From the NCBI GenBank assembly GCA_002269645.1, contig NIVC01001259.1, positions 160,010 through 224,009 on the forward strand: a DNA stretch of 64,000 nt. The letters run 5' to 3'. The position numbers were made by a program, and so were the translations under genes. Under the pieces are notes generated by a model. The model did not search any database. It was not told the origin of the DNA and was given only the letters and a program-made list of their open reading frames with translations. This document shows positions 1 to 11,300 of this stretch, piece by piece. Position 1 is the stretch's first letter. The number at the start of each line of letters is the position of its first letter. The DNA is from Macrostomum lignano. Its lineage: Eukaryota.

Positions 1-859
1 TGATGGAGGACGAAAGCTCTCGTAAGCATAGGATTTTTGGGATTGACTCATAGTTCATATTATTATAACTGGCGGGTTTCATTTTCACAATAGATATTCA
101 TAACTTATATACACTCAGCAACAGTCAAACCCGCCACCCTTGGAAATTGGCAGAGCGATTGACTTCAGAAAAAAATACTGTAATGATGAAAGGTTTCTTA
201 CTTTCACTTTGGTATACTATGTATGTCTAAGCAAGGTGGCAGTTTTGAATGTTGCTAAATATACATTGACAAATGGTATTATCACTTTTAAGTATAAAGA
301 AGCATTGATTTGAAATATACTATAAATCTATAGTAAATAATTTTCTTGAAAAAAAATTAAGTAAATAAATTAAGCTATTATAATAAAGTTATTAATTAAG
401 AAAATTTAATTAATAAAAGGTTTTTAATTAACTAAAGTATTTACTTTTAATTATTTGCCTGAATATTAAACTACTTAAAAACTCTCAATTTAGACTAAAT
501 AAAATATATGTATAATGATAGCTATATATAAGGTTAACATAGGTAATGATATAATTTTTTTGATAAAAATAGACTAAAATAAATTATATAATTAAAATAG
601 TCATTCTTTAATTCTAAGTCTTGATCTTAAATGACTTATAAGTAGGCCAATTCATATTGCCATTAAATCATACTAATAGTATACTAATAAGTCACTTACA
701 TGGAATGAAAGTTTATGTACTTATATAAGCTATAAGGCATATTATCATACCAATTTTGGCCTTGTTTGATAATAGTATAAGCAAGCCTTTAGACTAGGCT
801 TAATTAAAACCTTTAATAAATCTTTGTTTCATCTAGGGCAGCTTGTTAAAGGACTTAAA

Positions 860-3800
860 ATGGGACAGCTAGCTAAGGAACAAAAGAGAGGGTAACCTGC
901 TAAGGGATTGAGGAGCTGCAATAGTCTTCTTAAATAAAGAAAATATGATATGTATCAAACTGTCATTCATTTCTTACATTTCTATAGGACAACTGGTGAA
1001 AGCCTATATCAGGTACTGGGCCTGCAGAAGGATGCAACTCCGGAACAGATTAAAAAGGCCTATAGAAAGGTTTGCTATTAATTTATTTGTCAAATTTGCT
1101 TATGTATAGGTATGTGTATATAAGTATACAAATATATAATTAACCCTTGTCAATATTCCAGCTGGCATTGCAGTATCACCCAGACAAGAATCCCGATCCA
1201 GCATCAGCTGATAGGGTATGCAGAATTTCATTATTTTTTTGATTTATTGGTGTTAGTAATTTTATTGGCCATTCCTTAGGTAGTAGCCAATGTAAAGTGG
1301 CAGTCTGTCATCATACCCATATTGCATAGCTATTCTGCAAGGGCTGGTAGCGGCAGTCTGCTGATCTACTACTTTTCGAAATCTACTAATCTACCTACTC
1401 ATCAGTAGATAACTGTCCAGTCGCCCTATTAACTTTACAGTTCAAAGAGATCAACCGAGCCAACCGGGTTCTCAGCGATGAGACAAAGAAGAGCATCTAT
1501 GACAAGTACGGCTCCATGGGGCTGCACATCGCGTCACAGTTCGGGGAGGACAATGTCAACGCTTACTTTGTGCTGAGTCATCCCTGCTGCAAGGTAACTT
1601 TCGGGCTTTTCACCTGTTGCCTTGCTCAGAACCGAAATCGCAGTCAAAAATCCCAATCCCCATCGACCCCTCCCCCAATCTCCAGCCGGTGAATTCCCTC
1701 TCAGATTCCCTATTGAGAATCGGCCTCCCATTCTCCAGCCGGTGAATTCCCTCTCAGATTCCCCATTGAGAATCGGCATCCCCAATCTCCAGCCGGTGAA
1801 TTCCCTCTCAGATTCCCCATTGAGAATCAGGCCTCCCCAATCTCCAACCGGTGAATTCCCTCTCAGATTCCCCATTGAGAATCAGGCCTCCCCAATCTCC
1901 AGCCGGTGAATTCCCTCTCAGATTCCCCATTGAGAATCGGCCTCCCCAATCTCCAGCCGGTGAAATTCTCATTTTGCAGCTGAAAGGAACGGTTAGAATT
2001 CATGCTAGTTAAAATTATAACTTCACTCTAAACTGTAACCCTTAATTCCCTTACCCATGCTTGAAAAGAGTCACTTGACTCAACTCACTGCTCACTGCAA
2101 CGCAGCGGACAGTCGGGTAGTTCCCTTCGGTTGCTGTCCCGCCCGCCCCCGCGGCTACAGAGTTCCAATTTTGGAGCTGTTCTCACTCTTATCCCAAGCC
2201 CACTCTTTCCCTCTGTTCTCCACTCGCGGTTAGAAACCAATCAATAACTATACCACATTCGCGCTTTGCATGCACACGAGAGCTTAGCAACTCCCTAGTT
2301 TCAGTATTCACATTGGAATTCCAAATGCAATGCATTTCAAACTCCTTTTGGGCCAATTTTTTTCTGGCAAAATCGAAAAAAATATTCTATAATTGCTTCT
2401 TTTTTAAACTCTTAGTCTAGTGCAGTGTTTCAGTTACAGTTATATTATCAACTAGATAGCGTTTTTGCTTTTGAATTATGCCAATATTTCGTAAAATGAC
2501 TGTAGCAATATTATTAGAAACAGCTCTTGGGTGTGGCGGTGGCAGTGACAAGCTGACAAGTTCTATGCAATGGACGGATTAGTGTTTCAAACAGTTCGCC
2601 TGCACCAATAATATCCGGATTTGCGAGCGCCACGTGTGTGTGGATTATGTTCACCTCAGGCTTAGTAAATTGCAATAACAGGATTCTATATAAACAGTAA
2701 ATATTTTTGTTCATCCCATTCCTACTGAAGCATTTTTTATTATTCAGTTCTTGTCTTTAACTGACTACTACTGGTCAGTAGTGCAAGTGATTATTCTGTG
2801 CAGCAAAGTTATATTTAACTAATTCATTAAACCAATTCATTATAACCAAGGCCCTGTTTGTGCTCTGCTGCCTATTCACTGGTTGCTTCTTCTGCCTCTG
2901 CTGCTGTTGTTGCTGCAATTTCTGCTGCGGCAAATGCGCCCCGAGAGACGACGAACAGGAGTCCGAAGCTGATGCCTTCATGGTGAGAGCAAAGTTACTG
3001 ATGATGGAGACTGTGGGCCGTGGTCACACAGTAAACAGTATCACACAGTAGACAGTGTCACAGAAGACAGTGTCACAGTAGACAGTGTCACAGTAGACAG
3101 TGTGTCACAGTAGACAGTGTCACACAGTAGACAGTGTCACACAGTAGACAGTGTCACAGTAGACAGTAGACAGTGTCACACAGTAGACAGTATCACACAG
3201 TAGACAGTGTCACACAGTAGACAGTGTCACAGTAGACAGTGTCACGCAGTAGACAGTACACAGTAGACAGTGTCACAGTAGACAGTGTCACAGTAGACAG
3301 TGTCACAGTAGACAGTGTCACAGTAGACAGTGTCACATTAGACAGTGTCACACAGTAGACAGTGTCACAGTAGACAGTGTCACACAGTAGACAGTGTTAC
3401 AGTAGACAGTATCACACAGTAGACAGTGTCACACAGTAGACAGTGTTACAGTAGACAGTATCACACAGTAGACAGTGTTACACAGTAGACAGTGTTACAG
3501 TAGACAGTATCACACAGTAGACAGTGTCACACAGTAGACAGTGTTACAGTAGACAGTATCACACAGTAGACAGTGTCACACAGTAGACAGTGTTACAGTA
3601 GACAGTATCACACAGTAGACAGTGTCACACAGTAGACAGTATCACACAGTAGACAGTGTCACAGTAGACAGTGTCACAGTAGACAGTGTCACACAGTAGA
3701 CAGTGTCACAGTAGACAGTGTCACACAGTAGACAGTGTCACACAGTAGACAGTGTCACAGTAGACAGTGTCACACAGTAGACAGTGTCACAGTAGACAGT

Positions 3801-4570
3801 GTCACACTGTAGACAGTGTCACAGTAGACAGTGTCACACAGTAGACAGTGTTACAGTAGACAGTATCACACAGTAGACAGTGTCACACAGTAGACAGTGT
3901 TACAGTAGACAGTATCACACAGTAGACAGTGTTACACAGTAGACAGTGTTACAGTAGACAGTATCACACAGTAGACAGTGTCACACAGTAGACAGTGTTA
4001 CAGTAGACAGTATCACACAGTAGACAGTGTCACACAGTAGACAGTGTTACAGTAGACAGTATCACACAGTAGACAGTGTCACACAGTAGACAGTATCACA
4101 CAGTAGACAGTGTCACAGTAGACAGTGTCACAGTAGACAGTGTCACACAGTAGACAGTGTCACAGTAGACAGTGTCACACAGTAGACAGTGTCACACAGT
4201 AGACAGTGTCACAGTAGACAGTGTCACACAGTAGACAGTGTCACAGTAGACAGTGTCACACTGTAGACAGTGTCACAGTAGACAGTGTCACACAGTAGAC
4301 AGTATCACACAGTAGACAGTGTCACACAGTAGATAGTGTCACACAGTAGACAGTGTCACACAGTAGATAGTGTCACAGTAGACAGTGTGTCAGTAGACAG
4401 TATTACACAGTGGGCCAATGTCACACAATACTCCCCAAACTCCAAATTCCCAGTCGGGAGACTCCAGTGCCAAGGACGGGCCCATCACATCGCAGCCGAA
4501 GTCGGCAACAGAGCAGACTTCGTTGAAACAGGAGCAGCCACCAGACTACAGTGCCAGCAATGGCAACTGA
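860..4570 (+). CDS. DNAJC5: Cysteine string protein / DnaJ homolog subfamily C member 5 (6 coding exons, ~189 aa)
   Basis: Exons 860-891, 988-1069, 1162-1215, 1441-1593, 2851-2982 and 4454-4570 join in frame with GT-AG introns (570 nt). J-domain [36 protein letters not shown] with HPD, linker [27 protein letters not shown] and cysteine string [24 protein letters not shown] all match CSP. Confidence 0.95.
1665..1965. repeat. ~54-bp minisatellite, ~6 copies, DNAJC5 intron 4
   Basis: Unit ccccaatctccagccggtgaattccctctcagattccccattgagaatcggcct is visibly repeated. Confidence 0.9.
3030..4410. repeat. 15/17-bp minisatellite (cacagtagacagtgt[ca]), DNAJC5 intron 5
   Basis: Direct tandem repetition over ~1.4 kb, filling most of the intron. 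Confidence 0.95.
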
Positions 4571-4735
4571 GCGCAGTGCTAGGCCGGCCGGTTTCCATTT
4601 CAAATATGCTTTGACTCGTCTTCCATCCCAGTTGCGTAAATTGTCAAACTTGCGGTTAATTTATTTTTTTAACAAATTAATTTTTCGCGGCACGAAATTT
4701 ACACAATTTCCCAAACGGAACAGCTGCGGGTGGCC

Positions 4736-5200
4736 ATGATTTTTAAAGAAAATCAGTTACAGACTACTACTGAACTACCAATAGTAGCGAGCTATGATTT
4801 TAAAAGAAAATCAGTTACAGACTACTACTGAACTGCTAATAGTAGCGAGCTATGATTTTAAAAGAAAATCAGTTACAGACTACTACTGAACTACCAATAG
4901 TAGCGAGCTATGATTTTAAAAGAAAATCAGTTACAGACTACTACTGAACTGCTAATAGTAGCGAGCTATGATTTTTAAAGAAAATCAGTTACAGACTACT
5001 ACTGAACTGCTAATAGTAGCGAGCTATGATTTTTAAAGAAAATCAGTTACAGACTACTACTGAACTGCTAATAGTAGCGAGCTATGATTTTTAAAGAAAA
5101 TCAGTTACAGACTACTACTGAACTGCTAATAGTAGCGAGCTATGATTTTTAAAGAAAATCAGTTACAGACTACTACTGAACTGCTAATAGTAGCGAGCTA
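4736..5200. repeat. ~58-bp tandem repeat, ~8 copies, in presumed DNAJC5 3' UTR
   Basis: Unit atgatttttaaagaaaatcagttacagactactactgaactgctaatagtagcgagct lies between the stop codon (4570) and AATAAA (5200-5205). Confidence 0.9.
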
Positions 5201-5205
5201 ATAAA
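5200..5205 (+). terminator. Candidate polyadenylation signal of DNAJC5
   Basis: First AATAAA I found downstream of the stop codon; it directly follows the 58-bp array. Confidence 0.45.
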
Positions 5206-5989
5206 AATCGTTCGGTTCCTATTCTTCCAATTTCTATTAATATGCATGTTTTTAATCCGACGCTGCCTCTACCCTTCCCCAGACACAATTTTGTGCCTCG
5301 CAAATTTAATTTAGATTTGTTCGAGAAAGTTAATAAATATATTCATATATACTTATCTATCCATACAGTACATATGTTTGTATATGCTATTTAAAAAAAT
5401 GCGACAACAATTCTTATAATTATTTACAAGCTGATTGACAGGCCCGACTGCTTCCTATGATTTTTGTTTGCCTTCTTTTGGTTGTGGATAAAAATAGCCT
5501 TCCATCAATGCCTACCAGTCGTACATTCCAACTGTGTGCAACTGCTATTCCGTTTATTCCATTATTTTTTGCTATTGATTTTTTTCCAAAATGTTGAGTA
5601 GACTCTTGCAAGGCTGCTGCCGCTGGTGTAGGACATTCGGTTTGAATCAGAGAGTTATTAGGGTTTTCTGGGCAAAGTTGTATTACTTTTTTGTTGGATC
5701 TGAAGAGATTCAACACCTGATCTTCTCTGTGCTTCCCATCTGGTTGAGGGCTTCTAATGCTCTTATTCTGTCTTGTGTCTATTTTTTGTTTTTAGCCGTA
5801 TGCTTCTGCTTATATAGAAAAGGTCTAATATAAATATATAACATCAGTTGTAAGCTGGAATAACAGAATTACTCCGGCTTTTAGAGTGCTGCAGTTTTTT
5901 GCCCGAGTGTCTTAAATTAATAGATTGCTGTGTATTGCTCCATTGTTGGTTTTTGCTGTGGCCTCTTTCTGCTTTTATCTAACACTAGG

Positions 5990-6555
5990 AGATGTTGATC
6001 TAGCACACCTGGGGATGCTGATCTAGCACACCTGGGGATGCTGATCTAGCACGCCTGGGGATGCTGATCTAGCACACCTGGGGATGCTGATCTAGCACAC
6101 CTGGGGATGCTGATCTAGCACACCTGGGGATGCTGATCTAGCACACCTGGGGATGCTGATCTAGCACACCTGGGGATGCTGATCCAGCACACCTGGGGAT
6201 GCTGATCTAGCACGCCTGGGGATGCTAATCTAGCACGCCTGGGGATGCTGATCTAGCACGCCTGGGGATGCTAATCTAGCACGCCTGGGGATGCTGATCC
6301 AGCACACCTGGGGATGCTGATCTAGCACGCCTGGGGATGCTAATCTAGCACGCCTGGGGATGCTGATCTAGCACACCTGGGGATGCTGATCTAGCACACC
6401 TGGGGATGCTAATCTAGCACGCCTGGGGATGCTGATCTAGCACACCTGGGGATGCTAATCTAGCACGCCTGGGGATGCTAATCTAGCACACCTGGGGATG
6501 CTAATCTAGCACACCTGGGGGTGCTGATCTAGCACGCCTGGGGATGCTGATCTAC
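5990..6555. repeat. 23-bp minisatellite (gatgctgatctagcacacctggg)
   Basis: Direct tandem repetition, ~24 copies. Confidence 0.95.
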
Positions 6556-6859
6556 ATGTAAACACCTAGAGATGTACTGATCTGGCACACCCGGAGTCTG
6601 GAGATGTCCATCACTATACTAAAATGGTTTTTCTTTATCAATCTCTATCTACAATAGGTAATCTCTGTGATAGATTTTAGAAAAAACGGCTTGACAACCG
6701 ATTATTATGAAACTGCACTGTTCGGTCAAAAAATTTCCGGTGTCGGTACGTGTCGTGGCTAAGTAATTTCTCTATGCTAAAAAGATTAAATATTCGAAAA
6801 ATATGCTTCTTTGCAAAGGTCAAGCAGAATTAGAATGCAAAAGAAAAACGTCATAACTG

Positions 6860-7330
6860 CTTGTGGTAGTTTAGCTGGTCTAATAAGTAGAAAAAAAGGT
6901 AATAGAAACATAGCCCAACGCGTTTCGCCTATCATTGACGTCGTCAGGGCCAATTCAATCCAAGTGATTTAAGAACAACCTGTACAGTCCAAAAACGGGT
7001 CCGGTAGAGTTTCAAAACGAGCATAAGTACAGAACGGAGGGAGAGAGAGAATAGACACGGCACTGCTCACAGTACTCTGAGCTCACGCTCCACCCCATTG
7101 CCAGCTAGCTGCACATTCAAGTTGGGTTTGTGCATTCTGATACACGAAGCTTCAATAATCTGAGGCTTATGGCCAAATCTGCACCCATCTAACACTTTGA
7201 ATACTGCTTCCTGTGACTTTTGCTCTAACCGACTTGATGTGTGTTAAATTATAAATACTACGGTTTCTTATCTTAGATGTGAAGACTTGGTTCAACTTTT
7301 GAAGGTGTCAAACATAAGAGATTTCATTAG
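6860..7330 (-). mobile_element. 3' remnant of a Penelope-like retroelement (GIY-YIG C-terminus plus 3' tail)
   Basis: Minus strand ~7245-7095 translates FKVLDGCRFGHKPQIIEASCIRMHKPNLNVQL, the F.IL...I.EA..I..KP.LN.Q motif that ends PLE GIY-YIG endonucleases. It is homologous to the + strand copy near 45350-45500 and is followed by a hammerhead-like motif. Confidence 0.7.
6913..6951 (-). ncRNA. Minimal type I hammerhead-like ribozyme motif (PLE-associated)
   Basis: The minus strand reads ggcc-CUGACGA-c-guc-aaugaua-ggc-GAAA-CGCG-UU-gggc: core CUGANGA and GAAA, short stem II and palindromic ACGCGU loop 3. Stem I pairing is weak and there is an extra base after A9. Confidence 0.4.
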
Positions 7331-7417
7331 GGAATTTATAAGATATCAAGGCTCGAGGAAATTGCTATAATTTGCTGTGAGTCTTGGGGAGAACTGCTGA
7401 TTTCAAGGCTGACGGAG

Positions 7418-7645
7418 GAATTGCTGAGATGTCGAGGCTGACAGGGGAATTGCTGAGATGTCGAGGCTGACAGGGGAATTGCTGAGATGTCGAGGCTGAC
7501 AGGGGAATTGCTGAGATGTCGAGGCTGACGGGGGAATTGCTGAGATGTCGAGGCTGACGGGGGAATTGCTGAGATGTCGAGGCTAACGGGGGAATTGCTG
7601 AGATGTCGAGGCTGACGGGGGAATTGCTGAGATGTCGAGGCTGAG
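7418..7645. repeat. 29-bp minisatellite (ggggaattgctgagatgtcgaggctgaca)
   Basis: About 8 direct copies. Confidence 0.9.
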
Positions 7646-8347
7646 AGGCATGAAGCTACATGTAATTCAAAAAAATTATTCCATTCTTCGTTGTTTCGCA
7701 ACTGGGGCCGCCGATTGCTAGTACTGATCTATACAAAACAGCTAAAAGATGCTGATAGTCCAATGCACCTATGTTTCATAAGAGCTATATATAAACACAA
7801 ATTTACATTCAATAGAAGATCCAGTACACAGAACAATGAGCACTGCAAATGGAACCTTATCAAAACTTAATCACCGTAAGAATTGCAGTTGTCCCTGTAT
7901 TTGCGCATGTACAAGTCTTGTATTCATCAACTGGGCATGCAAGTGTTGGACACGCGATTTTATAAACCGAAAATAGAACTTCTAATGAATAATAAAAAAA
8001 CAACTTCTGACAGCGGCTGTTACTGGGTTACATAGCGATTTGTTAACATTCATGAATCAGATGACAAGCAAATGGCGTTTTTGACATCGTCAGGAAAAGA
8101 GAAAAATACTTGGTTTCTGTCTTGTCTTAGGGAAGCGGTTTGCGTTGGACAATCAAGGTACAATATTGGCTCGGGAAGGGTTTGTTTGGAGTTGGTTGTT
8201 TGGCTCTGCTACTCAATTTCCCCCTTTCGATATTGATTCCAACGTATTTTCCATCAAATTTCTGCAAAATAGCAATGCTTGCATGTGCTGTACAACTCGA
8301 ATTAAAAGTACATTTCAAAGTGCAGTACAATGTCTAGGACAAAGAAA

Positions 8348-11300
8348 TTATTCACGTCTGCCTAGCGACGACGCCAGCTGCCCAACAATGAACGATTTGC
8401 GCCGTCGGGTTCTGCCGCCAGCAGCAGGCGCCGCCGCCGCTCCGGCAGCTGACCTCGGCAGCGCCAAGCTGGAGTGCCGGCCACTGGCTGCAGTCGGCTG
8501 GCCGGCGGTGGCCCAGCTGACCGCGTCTGAAAATGTGCGAATATACAAAAGACTTAAGTTAGTCTCTACGAGAATGGGTTGAAAATCAAAATATTTATTT
8601 TTCACTACCATATAAAACGAAAGTTCTTTTTGAATCCTTAACTATTCCTGTCCTAATTGGCAGGTATTAATTTAAGCCCTCTACCCCTATCTACTGCGTA
8701 CATTTTATTAAGCCACGGCCCCAAAAAATTTCTATCCCTTCCTTCGCGCTGATTGGCTGGTTCTTATTGAACCTCTGCCCTATTTTGTGTACTACACTTC
8801 TGTCTCGCTACGCCCCCCATAAAATATTTCTGCCCTCAATTGAATCGCGCTGATTGGCTGGTTTTTATTATTGGCTGTATAAGTACTTTATCTCTAGCAC
8901 TCCCCGTTAAATTTTCTGGCCCATTGCTAAGAGCCGATTGGCTGGCTCTAAATTGACTATTCGGCCCCTGTGCTCTAGATATGAAATGTTTATCAACTGG
9001 CATGTGCGGTTCATACTCCTATAAGTAAAAATGCGTACATTGTATACAAATAACGCAACATAAAACAATACTATCGATACACAATTGTTTTACAAGTAAA
9101 CACAATAACACATGGATCGGGCCGAACCTTGCACAACGAATCTGGCACGAATGTACATGCAAGTTTCGAATTGAAAAATTATGCACGTTATGCACGCGCC
9201 TCGCTACTCGCGACGCAGCTATAGTTAGTAGTATACAGTTAGAAATCGGACTGTCATGCAGCTGATAGATTCTGCACACGATTTTATAGCAGCAGACCGA
9301 ATATTTCTGCACCGATGACGGAAGCTCGGATGCAAATTTAATTTACCAACACTTTGCTGGCCCGCGTGCAGGGCCGCTGCTTGTGGGTAGCAGCAGCAGC
9401 CCAGTGGCTGCCAGCTCTGCAAGCGACGCGACAAAATGTTTGCTGTTCTGTAATTTTATCTAAACAAGATTAATACGAGTTTCTACCGCTGTCTCGGGCG
9501 AATCCAGCGACTGCTTCTGTGCTCAGTTAATAAACACTTCTGCAGCTGCACAGCCGGCTAAACTGCGTGTTTAGCGGCAGCTCTATTGAATGTTATTTTC
9601 GAATTCCGCTGTTTATTCCGCGGAAGCAGAGTGCAGGTGCGCAGAAGCCAGTTATAGCTAAAAAAGCTCAGATTCCTTGCTTTTAGGCGCACACTCGAGT
9701 TCTGTTGCAGCGTGTCTGCTTCCGCAGACATAACTGCTGGAAAAATGCTTTTTTAGGTTAGCGGAATTGAAAATTGAAATTTAGCATGCCTTTGGCTCCA
9801 TAGATTGTTCTCACACGGGATGCATCCTTGAGGCGCAATTACACATGAATGAGTCCCTAGGATAAATATGATAATCGGCAAATTAAAAGGAAATGAGAAG
9901 AAATTAAAAACAACTTAGTAGGTAACGAAATCCTTGCGGCAAAGTGCACAATTCTCTCACATCCCAGATCCCAGATCCTAGATCCCAGATCCTAGATCCC
10001 AGATCCTAGATCCCAGATCCTAGATCCCAGATCCTAGATCCCAGATCCTAGATCCCAGATCCTAGATCCCAGATCCTAGATCCCAGATCCTAGATCCCAG
10101 ATCCTAGATCCCAGATCCTAGATCCCAGATCCTAGATCCCAGATCCTAGATCCCAGATCCTAGATCCCAGATCCTAGATCCCAGATCCTAGATCCCAGAT
10201 CCTAGATCCCAGATCCTAGATCCCAGATCCTAGATCCCAGATCCTAGATCCCAGATCCTAGATCCCAGATCCTAGATCCCAGATCCTAGATCCCAGATTC
10301 TAGATTCCAGATCCTAGATCCCAGATCCTAGATCCCAGATCCTAGATCCCAGATCCTAGATCCCAGATCCTAGATCCCAGATCCTAGATCCCAGATCCTA
10401 GATCCCAGATCCTAGATCCCAGATCCTAGATCCCAGATCCTAGATCCCAGATCCTAGATCCCAGATCCTAGATCCCAGATCCTAGATCCCAGATCCTAGA
10501 TCCCAGATCCTAGATCCCAGATCCTAGATCCCAGATCCTAGATCCCAGATCCTAGATCCCAGATCCTAGATCCCAGATCCTAGATCCCAGATCCTAGATC
10601 CCAGATCCTAGATCCCAGATCCTAGATCCCAGGTCCTAGATCCCAGATCCTAGATCCCAGATCCTAGATCCCAGATCCTAGATCCCAGATCCTAGATCCC
10701 AGATCCTAGATCCCAGATCCTAGATCCCAGATCCTAGATCCCAGATCCTAGATCCCAGATCCTAGATCCCAGATCCTAGATCCCAGATCCTAGATCCCAG
10801 ATCCTAGATCCCAGATCCTAGATCCCAGATCCTAGATCCCAGATCCTAGATCCCAGATCCTAGATCCCAGATCCTAGATCCCAGATCCTAGATCCCAGAT
10901 CCTAGATCCCAGATCCTAGATCCCAGATCCTAGATCCCAGATCCTAGATCCCAGATCCTAGATCCCAGATCCTAGATCCCAGATCCTAGATCCCAGATCC
11001 TAGATCCCAGATCCTAGATCCCAGATCCTAGATCCCAGATCCTAGATCCCAGATCCTAGATCCCAGATCCTAGATCCTAGATCATAGATCCTAGATCATA
11101 GATCCCAGATCCTAGATCCCAGATTCTAGATCCCAGATCCTAGATCCCAGATCCTAGATCCCAGATTCTAGATTCCAGATCCTAGATCCCAGATCCTAGA
11201 TCCCAGATTCTAGATTCCAGATCCTAGATCCCAGATCCTAGATCCCAGATCCTAGATCCCAGATCCTAGTTCCCAGATCCTAGATCCCAGATCCTAGATC

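Noticed and set aside
1-40. Possible hammerhead core at the window start (tgatgggaggacgaaagctctc)
   Set aside because: Truncated by the window edge, lacks a full CUGANGA, and stems cannot be verified.
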